The notes beneath the pieces were generated by a model. That model worked only from the letters and a program-made list of their open reading frames with translations, had not been told where the DNA came from and did not search any database. The position numbers were made by a program, and so were the translations under genes. 64,000 bases of DNA from Lepidodermella squamata (taxonomy: Eukaryota > Animalia > Gastrotricha): contig JBLDXI010000029.1 in NCBI GenBank assembly GCA_047495785.1, positions 2,976,001 through 3,040,000 on the forward strand. Direction: 5' to 3'. Shown here in pieces: positions 34,225 through 47,889 of this stretch (positions are counted from its first letter, which is position 1; each line of letters starts with the position of its first letter).

Positions 34225-35499
34225 TTACTGCGAGGGGGATTTGCATTGCTCCAACGTGAGGCCATAGGCCGATGTTGTCGCATACGTCAGTGCTTCTCAA
34301 CCTTCATTTTTCGGGCCGCATGCGGCCCGCAGCCCGATTTTGTGCGGCCCGGCACTCAACTAGGTAACTTGTATTGGCTGCGGCCCGCAAGCCTTGTTAT
34401 CAATCATTTTTAAATGGCTGCAAGGTCCAATCGATGCCCGGAAGTCCAACTACAGGGTTCCTATAAATCATCCATATTTTAATGCATTTTTAGCCAATTT
34501 TCGGGTCGAAAATGTACAAAAAAGCGTCAGCTAAAGCTAGCTTCGCTCGCGAATTGATTTTTCAAGTAGTGATTTTGGCCGCAAAAGTTTCCGAGGCCGA
34601 TGGTGAACAATTATCATTATTAAACAAAAATCTCGGCTACCCCAATTAGCTTAACGCAGTTTATACCATTAATAAAGCCACTCAATCCTTTATTCGTTCA
34701 TTTACGCTAATCAATTTTCTCAAATGCACTCAAGGCCCGTTCTTGAACATTTTGTTTAAATAAATTCCAGTCATGATTTTCTAGTTTCTTTTCGCGATAA
34801 GCGGAAATGACAGCTCATAATAGTTGCTCATAAAAATTGATACTTATTTGATTATTATTAATTAATATTAACTTATTTGATAATTATTAATACATACACT
34901 CAATACTTACTTGTGAATGTCCAATTTTGTTAAATTTTTTGTGTTTCAAATTTCATGGCAATAAAATTAGCGACTACACAGCAACAATATCTGTTGAATT
35001 TCGCTCCCATTATGAACATGCGGCCCGCTGTGTTCTTTCAATACAGTGGTAGCGGCCCGCAGGGATGAAAAATGAGTTAGAAAATTAGGCGCAGCAGTCT
35101 GGGAACGAGCTGAAGGAGTTCGGGGCAGTTGCTTGATCGCATTACCTTATCTTACCGTGAATGTGTTAGGGCCGAAAGCAGCGGTGCAAGCCAGGCCGTT
35201 AGAAATGCACAGCTTGACAGTCTTCGAGACTGCTGTTCCATAGTCGAGCCAGTGCATAGTTGAAACGTTTGCTGTTGCGCAATGAACATTTGTTAGTCCC
35301 GAGAAATGATAATCAAAGATTTTACTGCTGTCGAGCACGCCTGATTGCCTTGGCATTGAGTTCCGGTCTTGTCGACGCAGTTTTTCGACGATGTATCGCA
35401 GTTTTTCAACGAAGCGTAACAAGATTGGCCGGAAGGGAAAGCGGTCGAACCGGTCGGGCACGGCGTCGAAGAGGCTGGGCAAGCTACAACGGCACTCAT
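34225..35499 (-). pseudogene. Cys-rich family copy D: signal peptide truncated, 1-nt deletion in exon 2, most of exons 3-4 replaced by a hAT element
   Basis: SAVVACPASSTPCPTG...ACSTA closely matches copy E; TCGACTATGGAACA is 1 nt shorter than TCGACGTTTGGAACA in copy A; only the 3' end of exon 4 remains (34225-34287). Confidence 0.8.
34288..35085 (+). mobile_element. Non-autonomous hAT-type element with its right TIR deleted
   Basis: Begins CAGTGCTTCTCAACCTT and has GCGGCCCG subterminal repeats; colinear with 49940-50710. Confidence 0.85.
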
Positions 35500-35984
35500 T
35501 TTCAAGGTGGAAGGAGGCAAATGAAAAGTAATTTGTTTTTGCCTCTTTATTCACGTAAAATACTTGCAATCTTTCACTTTGAAACTGACGTAAACAAAGC
35601 TAAATCGGAGTTATTCAACGTCGCTAACGATAATAATATGTAACAGTTGTTCCACGCAAGCTTTTTGCAAATAAAATACTAACCCGTTCAGCAACATTTT
35701 GATGTTGTATCAATAACTATACCTGCATATTTTTGTCAAACAAGACAGATTTTGAATTGTCTCCTGTTTTTAACAAATAAATTGTTGATACAAGACAGGA
35801 TCGAAAAATGGAAGTCGGTAAAGAATTAATTGTTTATTTGGTGAGAAATAAGTCTTACAGTGCGGTGGGTTCCACGTTATTTATTTGTGGTATATTGAAT
35901 ATTTGTGCTGCGGGAGAAATTAATGTATATAGCATGGAAATGTTTCGTTCACAGAAGTTACTACGACTCGAGATCGAAGTATTT

Positions 35985-36915
35985 TTACGCCGAGGTGGAT
36001 TGGCATCGGTCCAACATGAGCCCATAAGCCGATGTTGTCGCATAAGTCACAACATTGGGGGTACCTGAAGAAACGCCACCTTTCAGAGCTAAACAGCATT
36101 CTGTGTACGAAGTGGAGGCCTTGGTTGCGGCGACCTGCGATGGCAATGAATGAGTTTGAAATTAAGGCGTCAATTATCCGCGATTTACTTACGACACCGA
36201 TGCCAGCAATAGAATCAGTGTCAGTATTTGCCGTATGTGGGAAGCGAACGCAGTTGCCAACTTTCTCAGTGAGAAGGCTCGAAGCCGCTGTGACCTTGTA
36301 TGGGGTGGAATCATCAGTTGAGATGCATGCAAGAGCCGGAGCTACTGATGCTGTTAGGCCTGGCAAGATTTCGTAGCGAATGTTAGCGGCGTTCGGTGCA
36401 GCCGGGGCTGCGGCGGCGCAACAGTCTGGAAACGAGCTGTAGGAGTTAGGGACAGTTGCAGTTGCTGTAGCTTGCTGAAAACAGCAATTGACATTCACTG
36501 CTTAATCACGATTCTTTATTGTACCTTGAATGTGTTGGGGCCGAAAGCAGCGGTACAATCCAGACCGTTAGAAATGCATAGCTTGACAGTCTTACTGACG
36601 ATTGAACCAAAAGTTGCACCTGTACACAATTGAAAGGTTTGCTGTTGCAAAAGGAGCATTTCGTTCGGTTAGTGTTCGGTTAGTTATATAAGCACAAAAG
36701 TTTACCGCTTTAGAGCACGCCTGAGTGCCTTGGCATTGAGTTCCGGTCTTGTCGACGCAGTTTTTCGACGATGTATCACAGTTGTTCGACGAAGCATAAC
36801 ACGCTTGGCCGGAAGGGCAAGCGGCCGAACCGGTCGGGCATGACGTCGAAGAGGCTGGACAAGCTACAACGGCACTGCAGGCAGCGGCAAGAACGGTCAG
36901 AGCTAAGAAGGTCAT
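35985..36915 (-). CDS. Secreted Cys-rich family protein, copy E (intact, ~252 aa)
   Basis: Exons 36915-36706, 36641-36525, 36474-36193, 36134-35985, all phase 0, introns 50-64 nt; TATA box upstream. Confidence 0.88.
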
Positions 36916-38278
36916 TTTCCGCGAGCTTTAAGAAATGGAAGCTCTGACAGAAAATTCGGCCGAATTTATAGCCTCGAATCCGCATGTTGGAATGCAGTTT
37001 GATACTTTCGCACCCGGTCAACTTTGCGTCTTCGCCAGCTAGGTCGGCCGTATTAGTATGATATTAGCAATATAACAACGCCGGCAACAGATACGCTCAG
37101 ACAAAAAAGAAGGCAATGACTAATATAAGTATACTGCTTGCCTAGCTCGATTGCCTTTTTTCTAATTTCCACGAGTTGGAGCTTCAACCTAGAAACCTAC
37201 CTAGAAGTGAGCAAAAAAGTCGGCCGAGTCAATTATCCGTATACATTAAAGATGCGTGGTGTTAGAGAAAATTATGCTCTTGTCAACCCTCTAACAGCTA
37301 CATGGTGGTTGAAAGTTTTCCAGGTCGAAATAACGGGTTGTGGGCGAAAAGAAAAAGGTCAGCAATTTGAGAGCGAAAATGATGGAAAATTACAAGGAGC
37401 AATAATTAAACAATCGGCTAGGGAAAATTTAATGAAATGTCGCGTTATTTTGGTATTATTGTTTAATAATACATACTTTATGCTAACTACATGGTGTTAT
37501 TGGTGCCCCTGCTGATGAATGGTGTTATTGAGCCCGAAAAATTTGGCTGGTTGGCAGTTGGTTTTTGAAGTTGAAGTTGAAGCCGCTATATATGTATTAT
37601 ACCTCGTCAGCTCACGCAAACGACATGAGCTTTGCCAACCCAATCGTGACAAATTGATAATAATGCATAATATAACCAATTAAAATTAATGTATATTTAT
37701 ATAACTAAGCAAGACTATGATTAACCTTTTTCAGGGCCGAGCTTGAGAACAATATTAGGCAATTTCTTGAAGTTTTCAATAATCGTGATCCCGATTTTGT
37801 AACTCGAAGGATTTTGAAGATTATTATTTTTTAATTTTTGCATGAATTGTGCGACAAGTGGTCATAATCACCCAGCTCACCGGTTCATTGTTTAATGATC
37901 TCATGAATATCGTGTTAGTTTGTTATAGTTTTTTACTATACAAACTATACAAATGTGAAATTGACGCGGCTATTATCCATCGCTAACTCATACAAGTGAC
38001 GTGAGTTTTTTCGCCGTGATCCTGATAAATTTGTAACAATATGTAATAACGTTACAGTGATAGTAGTATTAACTGACCGAGTAATGAATAAAATAAAATT
38101 GTGGCAAAACTTTTCATTTACTGTTAGGGAAGTCTCAAAATATTTGCGGTTTGGTGGGCTAACAAACGCCTTGTTAAAAACTTGTTAAAAACCATACAAT
38201 TGGATGTCTCGAGCTCATAAAAAAATCATGTTGGCGATAATGAATCGAGCTTTCATCAAGTTCGAGATCTAAGCTTCT

Positions 38279-38915
38279 TTACTGCGTAGTGGATTGGCAA
38301 CGCTCCAACGTGAGGCCATACGCCGTTGTGATATATGTGTCAGACTGTGTGTAACTTACCACTCCGGATGCGCTTGAAAGGGCAACATCACTGTTCGTAT
38401 TGGAAGCGTGCGGGAAGCGAACGCAGTTGCCGACCTTCGTACCGATTGCGTTTGCAGTAGCTGTAATCTTGTATGGGTTAGCATCATCAGTGCTGATGCA
38501 GGCGAGAGCCGGAGCTACACTTCCCGTGAAGCCTGGAAGGATCTCGTAGCAAATGTTATTAGCGTTCGGCGGGGCCGGGGCGGCAGCTGCGCAACAGTCT
38601 GTGAAAGATGGGAACGAATTCGGGCATTAGGAGTCGCAGCGGCTTGCTGAAGAAAACCGATGTTATTCGCTGTTCAAAATCGCGATGTTTTTATTTTACC
38701 GAGAATGTACCGGGGAGGAAAGCAGCGGCGCAAGCTAGACCGTTAGAAATGCACAGCTTGACTGTCTTAGAAATAGATGAACCCTGAGTCGAGCCAGTGC
38801 ATAATTGAAAATTTTGCTGTTGTATAATGAACAAATTGGAGTTCTGAGGAATCATTATTTATAGACATTGAATTTACCACTGTGGCGCACTCCTTGCCCA
38901 CTGGACATTGAGGGT
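38279..38915 (-). pseudogene. Cys-rich family copy F: exons 2-3 present, exon 4 mostly deleted, exon 1 truncated by a repeat element
   Basis: PQCPVGKECATV|GTAAAT, then QNFQLCTGS..., ISTDDANPYKIT...GNCVRFP; only YGLTLERCQSTTQ* remains of exon 4. Confidence 0.78.
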
Positions 38916-38919
38916 CGAT

Positions 38920-39635
38920 GCGGGATGAGTGCGGTAAACTGCGAGACAGGTGCCAATGCAGTGCGGGAGGACTGCGGGATGAATGCGGGATAAACTGATG
39001 CGGGGTGCGGAACAGACCCACAGCGTATATCCCGCAGGGATGCGGGATGGCAACATGCGGGTAATGATGCGACATTGAACTTGAGCATCACCACAAATAA
39101 ACAAACACGTATTTCACGAAGCATGGCGTTTCCCGCCATTAATATAACCGCGAAATTTCGAGCAGGCTGAGTCAGTTCACTTGTGACAATTTCACTTAAC
39201 AATCCCTAAATTTACTTGATTCTCAGTTGTGCAAACTATTCGTTGCTAAATCGATTTATTCGTGACTGTTATTCAAGCGGAACCAGTGGTGCAATCGATT
39301 CGATTGCGGGTGTTGGGCGAGTGGCCACTGGTTCAATGCTCACAACTGCTCCGTGTAGTTTTCATGAAATGCTGATGCCTGATGCGGGACGCGGTAGTGC
39401 GGGATCCGTCCGCAGTGTTGCGGGGCGGATCCCGCACTGCCGTCGCAGCTGTAATACATCATCCCGCATCTGACCCGCATATGTGCGGGATTGTGCGGGA
39501 CTAGTGCGGGACCAGCAGCTAGTGGAGCGATCCCGCATAGTATCCCGCACTTGTGCGGGTCAAAACTTGAAGAGTGCGGGGCCGGCTTAAAACATTGTAT
39601 CCCGCACCATCCCGCACCGAGTGCGGGAAGATGGA
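38920..39635. mobile_element. DNA-transposon-like element rich in TGCGGGA/TCCCGCA repeats
   Basis: Many GCGGGA motifs in both orientations at both ends; replaces the 5' part of copy F. Confidence 0.6.
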
Positions 39636-39867
39636 CTAACGCATGGGCACAGCGGGATTTTACTAACAATTTCAGAATGATAATTGGGGCTTCCTTCGGT
39701 CGCATGAATATTACAGTTTGCAAGAGTTCGCCGTATTTTGATTGCAAGAACTTTCCAGGAACAGTAATTTAATGGTTTTTTACCCGGTCGTTCGGCGCCA
39801 AATTGTGCAACAGAATTAAGCATTAAGCTATTTCGGATGGCATGGAATACAGAAACACTTTTCCTGG

Positions 39868-40500
39868 GTGTGGCGACAAGTGAGCAAACGACTATTCAAC
39901 ATGCGACAGCTCGGGACGACCATTCCACAAACGTCAACTCGGCATCAAAAATTTAGAGGACCGAAAACGACAATTCGGCAAATGAATATTGAGCAGAATG
40001 TCCAGTTTCGACAATTCGGCAAAACGACAGCTCGACGTGATGAAAATCACTAATATGGAGAAACGACAACTCGGCAAGAATACATTTCTGCCACGTTTAA
40101 GAAAGATTGATAACACTTGAGAACGCAACAAAATTCAATGTCCTAGATTGAGCAAGAATATCAAGGGTAAGAAGGCTATGCGAGCGGAGCGAGCATGCCT
40201 ATTCCAACCCTGGTTTTTCCGACAGGCTTGAAAAGTGTATCTGACGGTTATTTTATGCGTGATGTGGCTCTCAACACTTCCCAATCTATAGCTAATGTTG
40301 AGTTGTCGTTATAGTTTTAGTGAATTGTCGAGTTGTCTTCTGCCGAATTGTCGCTGAAGGGTACGATGAATTTTCACTGCCGAGTAGTCGATTGCCGAGT
40401 TTTCGTTTTCGATCGTATAAAAAAATATTGCCGAATTGACGTTTGCTGAATTGTCGCTGTCGAATAGTCGTATTCCCAATTTTCGTTGCTCAGTTGTCAT
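39868..40500. mobile_element. MITE-like element with inverted arrays of CGACAA(T/C)TCGGCAA
   Basis: Left arm has CGACAATTCGGCAA repeats; right arm has TTGCCGAATTG/TTGTCG repeats. Confidence 0.65.
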
Positions 40501-41617
40501 ACAACCACTTTTTCCTGCAGTGTTTCTGGATGGAGTTAGAATCCAATATTGCTTTTCTCACGCCCGCATTCATCTTTCGGAACCTCGATTCAAGCAGTCT
40601 TTCGTGCAGGAGAAGTATTTCTGCATTCTGAGCCATCGAAGATTCCTTAAATCCATCTTAAAAAAGTGTTTCACCTATGTATTCTTAGAGTATTTCTGAA
40701 TCGTTTATCCATCAATAACAGGAGGAATTGTAATACTGTAATCCAGTACAAGTTTGAACATTTCACGCAATTCAGCTTTTTCTCTAAAACCACTTGGGAA
40801 TTTTATTGAATATAGGTCTCGTTGAGATCTATCATTCCAACCGAACGGCATCAACACAGCCTCCACAGTCTCTCCCGAAAAAACGGCGTTTTTCGCCTTC
40901 TAGGAAGTGTTGCCCTGCGATATCCGCAGATAGCAGATACATATTCGCGTGGTCCAACTTGGTGAATTCAAGTTGATACCCTGCTGAAGAAGTAGCCATG
41001 TCGTCGTGATCCTGGTAAATTTGTGATAAAATTCAATAGTATTACAGTGATAGTATTATTAACTGACAATTTATTGAATAAAATATACTTGCGGCAAAAC
41101 TTGTCATGTATTCTTGGCACTATCGCTAGGAGCTCGAGCCCAATCGTCCTCTGCTTTCCCATATTTTTGGATAGGCACCCTAGATCTTCTTAACCAACCA
41201 ACAAGGCCACCGGTTTTATTCTGTTCGCTCTCTTTTATTGTACGTTGTACTCAACAGCCATAACTATCAGTGTGATTTCATTCGCAAGCTATCTCTCTTT
41301 CAGTCTCTTTCCAACCTTTCAATCCAACCTTCCAACTTCCGTAAAAGACTTCAAAAAATGTCTCCGTCTCTAAAGAACGATCAACAAGTGTCCGAATCGA
41401 TGGCAGATTTAGTGTTTTGTTAGTCTTGCAAATCAAGATAGAATTCGACTGCTTCTTCATACAGATCATCGCCTAGTTTCCGGGAGAGAGCACACTCCGC
41501 CGTTGCAATGCAAGCCTCCATGTTGATATCCAGACTCTCACATGCCAACTCTTGCTCTTCGATCGCTGTTTTCGGCGAAACTCCTCAGTCGCGTCAAAAC
41601 CCAAATAGATAATATTA

Positions 41618-42313
41618 CACTTGAAAAAATAGCTCCTAGTCATTACTATAGCTGATCAGGGGGTAATATGCACCCTGATCAGGGGTTATATTGAAATGAA
41701 CCCTAATCAGCTCACCCTGATCAGGGGTCATTTTGCTTCCAATATTTGCTGATAATAATCACCTGTAGCGCCCCTGATCAGCTGCTGATCAGCAAATTCA
41801 GTAAAATTTCAAATTTTTTAGGAAAATGGCAGCCCTTTTCATTTATTATTTTTATATTATTTTTTTGAATAGCCGGTTGATCAAGATCCGCCCACCCTGG
41901 TGCCATCCATGATATCGGTGTTATGGTATGCCACCGGACGCGGCAACTACCTAAACATGGCAGGGTCTCATGATGGCACTTGGTAGAGCCACTTGTTAGA
42001 GAGAGAAGGACTTATTGCTAAGTTAACAGCTGAAGTAATAGAGTTCGCGTGTGAAACATTACGATTTTTTGAAAATATGGACCTTCCGACGCAAGCCTGA
42101 ATTGAACATGCAGCCTAATTTGCATATGCACGCTTGGCTAATTAGCGAATGCACACTTTTGACCCCTGATCAGCAAAGTCATGGTGATCAGCCTGAAATG
42201 ACATGGATTATCAGCTGGCGACAGTTGATTATCAGGGGTTGTCCCTTTTTCGTCCTGATCAGCAAAATGGTGTAAACAGCTGACCCCTGATCAGGGGTTA
42301 ATTTTTTCTAGTG
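41618..42313. mobile_element. Non-autonomous DNA element with CACT(T/A)GAAAAAAT TIRs and many CTGATCAG subterminal palindromes (CACTA-like ends)
   Basis: CACTTGAAAAAAT at the left end and ATTTTTTCTAGTG at the right; repeated CCCTGATCAGGGG; no exact TSD. Confidence 0.65.
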
Positions 42314-43139
42314 TTCATGGTGGCGATCTAGTTTCCTCCGAACTGAGTCTAATGATTTGCAATTTTCCCATAGACGAAAAGCAGGAATAGCTGAATCCTG
42401 TTTGTCGAGAAACTTCTTCGGGTCTCTGAAACTATTAAGTAGCAACAATGCAAGCCGCGAAAAGGGCTCTAAGTTTGTCAGCGACTGAATCAAAGCAACG
42501 ATCTGGAAGTCGAGGGCCGAGGCTGGAACTCAATGACATTTTGTGATGTGCTCTAAATTATTGTGATACGCTCAAATCGACGAACGAATTCGGTCCAAGA
42601 GAGCCCCGTGCGGAGATTAACGAATGTGTATCGTTGACTCCGGAGCATTGAAGCACACGGTTTCTGAACGAGCTGCCCCGCACAACTTCATTGCAATATC
42701 AATGAGGGTGTTGCGGCGATTAGTTTGAAGGATCTTGTTTTCCGCAATCGCCTGTACGTCAGTCGGGCTATTTCGGTGAATCAGCACTGCCTTTCAGGAC
42801 ATACAAGTCAGTAAAGCGACGTCGGACGTGGGTTAATTTCGGATTTCGTCTGCGGCACGGCTCGACTGATTGGCAACAGCAGCAACAGTAGCGCCGGGAG
42901 AACCAATTTGACATCTTTCTCTGAATTCAAACAGTGTATTGTGTATTGTTTACACTGTTACGTGGATAAAATTGTTATTTATGAGTCGTTAGACGAGTAA
43001 ACTCAATAAAGGTGCCTTCGAGTTCAACTGCGGCAAACTTTGTATTACGTCCAGGGCAGCTCGTTCAGAAACGATGTGCTTCGATGGTCTGTTGTCGACG
43101 ATACATTTTTGTGGTCCGAATTAGACTCGATCCCAACAA

Positions 43140-46100
43140 ATGAGGCTTTCCTCGACAGTCGGAGCCGCAATTCGGCGCCTAGAATTCGGCTTGTTTCCTA
43201 GCTGCATGGTTGTCCCAGAACTCCAGAGCCTCCGGAAAACCCGTGGACTCCGGAGCATGGAAGGTTTAGGAATTCAAAGAAAGGTGTCAAATGGGTTCCC
43301 CCGGCGCTACTGTAGCAGCTATGCTGCTGCTGTTGCCAATTGTCGGAGATATGAGATACTTGGACAATTTTAAATGTTCAAATTCTCAATGGAAACGATG
43401 CCTGACACGCGAGCAACACTCGCTGGCACACGACTGGATTGACACATACGACGTCAGAACGCTCACTACTACGGCAACAGCAACATGTGGTTTGTATGAA
43501 TGGGAGACGGGGTTTAATCTGGACCCGGCACGTGCCACCTGGATCGCCTTTCTCATCACACCTGTCGACAAATATAGGCGGACTAGAACATCATCCCCAA
43601 GGCTGTTACTAACCATTCTTCTCCTGATGCTATGTGGCGATGTTGATCCGAATCCGGGTCCGGCATTGCCTCACGATAAAATCGTACCAACGCTACCTTT
43701 CGAAAAGATCGTACCTCTGACACTGAACGATAGATCCATCATACACCTATCGCACTGCAATACAAATGGCCTGCGTTCTAAACACTGGTCACTCGGCAGC
43801 TATGCTGGGCAAATGGAACCTGACGCTATACTGATCTCCGAAACGAAAATCCCCGAAGGCTGCGTTCCAGAAAAAGTTGAAAAATCATTCCCTAACTATG
43901 ACTTCAGGTGGAAAGGTCGAACTAAGGCAAAATACTCGGATAAGCTTGCTCAAGGGGGTGGTGTAGGATTATTGGTTCACAAACGACTGGAAATCGTAGA
44001 CGTGAAATTTGTGGAATCAAAAATTGAAAACTTGATAAGTCTTGTTAGGCTTCCGTCCGGCAAACTCGCGATGATCATAGCAGCCTATCGGCCGCCAGAG
44101 TCATGCGACATCGATGACCTGGATCGATTTCTTCTCGACATCTCAACAATATTCCCTCAGGCCCATTCGCGCACCATTGGCGGTGACCTAAACTGGAATT
44201 TACTCGACAACGAAACTCGCTCGCAGCTGAACGACGCTTTCTCAACATTCGGTTACTAGCATGCTTTTCCTCCGACAGTCACACGTCGGAAGTCCTTGAC
44301 GCACCTGGATCACTTTTGGACCACGACGCCCATAGAGCAGATGACTGCAGCAGGGTCAACGCCTGGGGTTAGCGATCACTTTGGAATCGCTATGCTCTTC
44401 AAGGATGAAGCTCCAACACAAAGCAATGAAGTTCCAACCAAGGTTCGCCAATACAGAAATTTCAAGGGCATCAAAGAGGATCGATTCCGAAACGATCTGA
44501 GTAAAAACCTTCTGCCTCTAGAACGATTCAAGCAATTGAATGGTGAAGGGCAGCTGTTGAGTCTGCTCATGCAATCTCGAAGACCGTTGATCAGCATGCA
44601 CCGATAATCACTACAAAACCGGAGCGAAACCGGCCCAAAAAGTCGATAGACCCAGCACACTCAGCAGAAACGAGCTTGAGAACAAAACAGCGCGCACAAC
44701 GAAAGAAAGCAAGGAAACGCTATCGTAATATGGTTGAAGAAGCTGTCTCGAACCCTGGAAAGCAATGGAAGATTGTGAAGGAATTCTGCCCATCGAAAAA
44801 GCGAGACGCTCCGTTTAGCAAACTCGTGCCGAAAGCCATGAAGGAAATGGCTAACAATTTCAACAAGTTTTTTGTAAGCTCTAGTCAAACAATTGCTAAC
44901 CAGCTAAAAAGCAGCCTGGATTTCACGAGGAAAGCTAGGAAACCACCGAAGAGCTTTAGATTCCGAACAATTAAAACCGAAGATACAACGGCAGCGCTCA
45001 GCAAGCTAAGCTCAAAAGCTACAACCGGCTTCGACTGCCTTCCTGAGTGCATACTGAAGATGGCGAAGGGAGCGGTTATCAATCATCTCACCATACTCTT
45101 CAACACTATTCTACGAGAAAGGTCAGTACCACAAGTTTTGAAAATTAGCATCGTCAGTCCGATTCATAAATCTGGCGCGAAAGAAGAAGTCGGTAACTAT
45201 ATGCCAGTCTCAATCCTATCGCCTCTGTATCGTACTTTCGAAAGAATATTAGCTGAACAGATCAAGAAACACCTGAATAAAATAGGATTTCTTTCGCCAA
45301 GTCAGTTCGGTTTCCGTCAATACCATTCTTGCGATACGTGTCTCTGTAAAATCACCGAAGACTGGCGAATGGCAATCGACAGGGGCGACACTGTAGTCGC
45401 GGTCGCCATCGATTTAAGCAAAGCGTTCGACACCCTCGATCCGGATGGTGTCGAAGAATCACTGGAAAGCGCCGGCTTCGACGAACAATCTCGGCAAATG
45501 ATGGGAAGTTTAAAAAAAAACCGCTATCAAATAACCAAACTAAACAAGTCTCATTCCGATAGCCTACCGGTCCAGTATGGCGTCCCCCAAGGCAGCGTGC
45601 TCGGCCCTCTCTTGTTTGTGATTTACATCAACGAGGTTGCGTCAGTGCCCCTCAAAAGCATTGTCGCCCAATATGCCGACGACACTACTTTGTACAGCAT
45701 TCATCCTGATCCCATCGAAGCTGCTCGTCTTCTCCAAATCGATGTCGACTTAGTTGGCTCGTGGCTAAGTAAGAATAGTCTAAAGGTCAATGGCAAGAAG
45801 TCGCAACTGATGGTACTCGGTCCCCACGCGGAAAGCCAGGTCACGGTATCTGTCGACGGTGTACCTCTTACGGCCGGGAGCAAATTGGAAATTCTGGGTT
45901 TTATCTTGGATAATAAACTGATCTTCAAAGAACAGATTCAGGTCATCCGAAATCGAGCACGCCGGGGCTTATACGCGCTAAAACTGGCTGCGAAGCACTT
46001 GGACAGAAACACACTAAAGATGATGGCCAATGGGATCGTCTTCAGCCACCTTGGGTATGCTGACAATGTGCTAGCACAATCGGCCGATACAAATCTGCAG

Positions 46101-46672
46101 CCACTTCAGGCTGTCCAAGATAATGCTGTGCGTGTTATCATGAAAGTGCATAGCCGCTCGGATCCCGAACCTCTACGAAAACAACTGCAATGGCTCTCTC
46201 TCTCAGCAATAAACGCAAGGTTCACTTGGCTACTTTGGTCTGGCGAGCGATCAACGGGGAAGCGCCAGAGGCAATAAAAAACCTCTTTAGTCTGAAGACG
46301 CTCGGAGCTAATAAACGGCTTACACGCAGCTTCTTTAGCAATGTGCTTGAGGTTCCGGCATTATCCTCATTCCAAGGTCAAAAAACACTCGCCTACAGAG
46401 GTGCAATTCTATTTAACCTTCTGCCACAAGAGGCTCAAAACGCGCAAACCGCTCATGCTTGCCGGCAAGCCACCTACCAGTTCTTGCTGACGAGCGGGCC
46501 CTTCGAATTCAGCAACAAGTAGACCACAGGACATCGAATGGAACTGAACTAATATGACGAGACTCTGAACGGACAACTGTGATATGCCCATTTTTTTCCT
46601 CTAACTTTGCTCGTGCTTCCTCATTGGATTCAGACTCGCTAAATAAATAAAATAAAATAAATAAATAAATAA
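43140..46672 (+). mobile_element. Near-complete ORF2 LINE (2A-like motif + APE + RT), inactivated by a stop and frameshifts; (TAAA)n tail; related to the 24.3-kb element
   Basis: GDVDPNPGP; CNTNGL, ISETK, GGGVG, YRPP, GGDLN, SDH (APE); TAG at 44257-44259; frame changes near 44560 and 46205; AIDLSKAFD, GVPQGSVLGP, YADD. The 5' boundary is approximate. Confidence 0.92.
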
Positions 46673-47889
46673 GATACCGATATACGGCGACAATACAGCT
46701 TTCGGAGTAGAGACAAGAGACAAAACCAAAGGCGAAAGAGGCAACATCGGAGATCTCCGAATCGCAGAGGCACCATTGAGGACTGAAAAATAATATAGGA
46801 AGGAGACTCACAGTTATTTTCGAATAAATCGAAGGAAACCTCCAAGAACACGAGGGGTACTTGCATCGTCAGTTGTGACAGTAGGAAGCATTAACTTCTT
46901 CAACAAACCTGCCGATCCAAGACTGTGATTTGACAGCAAGTAAAAATCTAGAGATACATTTCAAAAAGTAGAAACAAAGAGGTAAACACATCATGCCTGC
47001 TTGAAATGCATCATGTATGGTTCTGTGATTAACTTTGATCTGTGATAATTTGTAACACTTATAAGCAACCATCCGATAAGAAAATGCTTCATGGCAGAAC
47101 TAACGCTGAACTGGCGAAACTAGCGTGACAGCAGGCGTGCTTCAGATTGGTGACAATAATTATCAAATGACCGCGCGCTCTCGCGCTATTTATTCAACAA
47201 CCAACTCGCTACAAGATTGTCTTCATTCTTCCTCGCCGACGAAAAAACCCTAACCTCTCGACAGTTTCATTGTATCTGAAATAATACGACATTTCGTTAT
47301 AGCGAAAGAATACATCGATAAGACGTAAGTGCCGTTGTGAGGGTTTGACTAATTTATTAAATATCTTATAAAATTTCGTTTTTATTGGAAATAAGCACTT
47401 TGATAGCTGAACGGGGTCGCCTATGGTTCCTACATCTCCTCATTCACCTCTCAACATTTCAAGAACATTTACATTTCAAGATGAAATATCGCAATAAAAA
47501 TAAGTTGAATTTTCAAGCTCAATAATTGTCTCATTCTCATCACTTTCTTTTTCTTAATAAAGAAGACAAAAACGTTAATGAGCGCCCCGCTAAACATCGT
47601 TAAGAGATAGCAATGATGCCATTTTGATGAGGCTGCAATAAAAAAGCTATGTTCGTATTCCAATGAGCCCATAAACATATAACTGTTGGGCATATAATTT
47701 TGAAACGCACTGTAGTATATTTAATAAACAATTAAAAATAAATGTGACAGCCGTTGCGGATTTTTGGCTTGCAATATGGGCAGCGATGACGTTGCCGACA
47801 GCATGTGCAAAAATGAGCAGCGATCAACCGAAAACAGTTGCCTATTTTGAAAGTGAAAAAGCTCAAATAGCGTCATAAGCGATGGGACT

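Noticed and set aside
38767-39823. Several 60-135 aa Pro/His/Cys-rich ORFs
   Set aside because: Products of the GCGGGA repeat element; no consistent frame or splice structure.
41120-42560. Possible decayed gag/ORF1 remnant on the minus strand around the CTGATCAG element
   Set aside because: Multiple stops and no diagnostic motif recognisable without a search.
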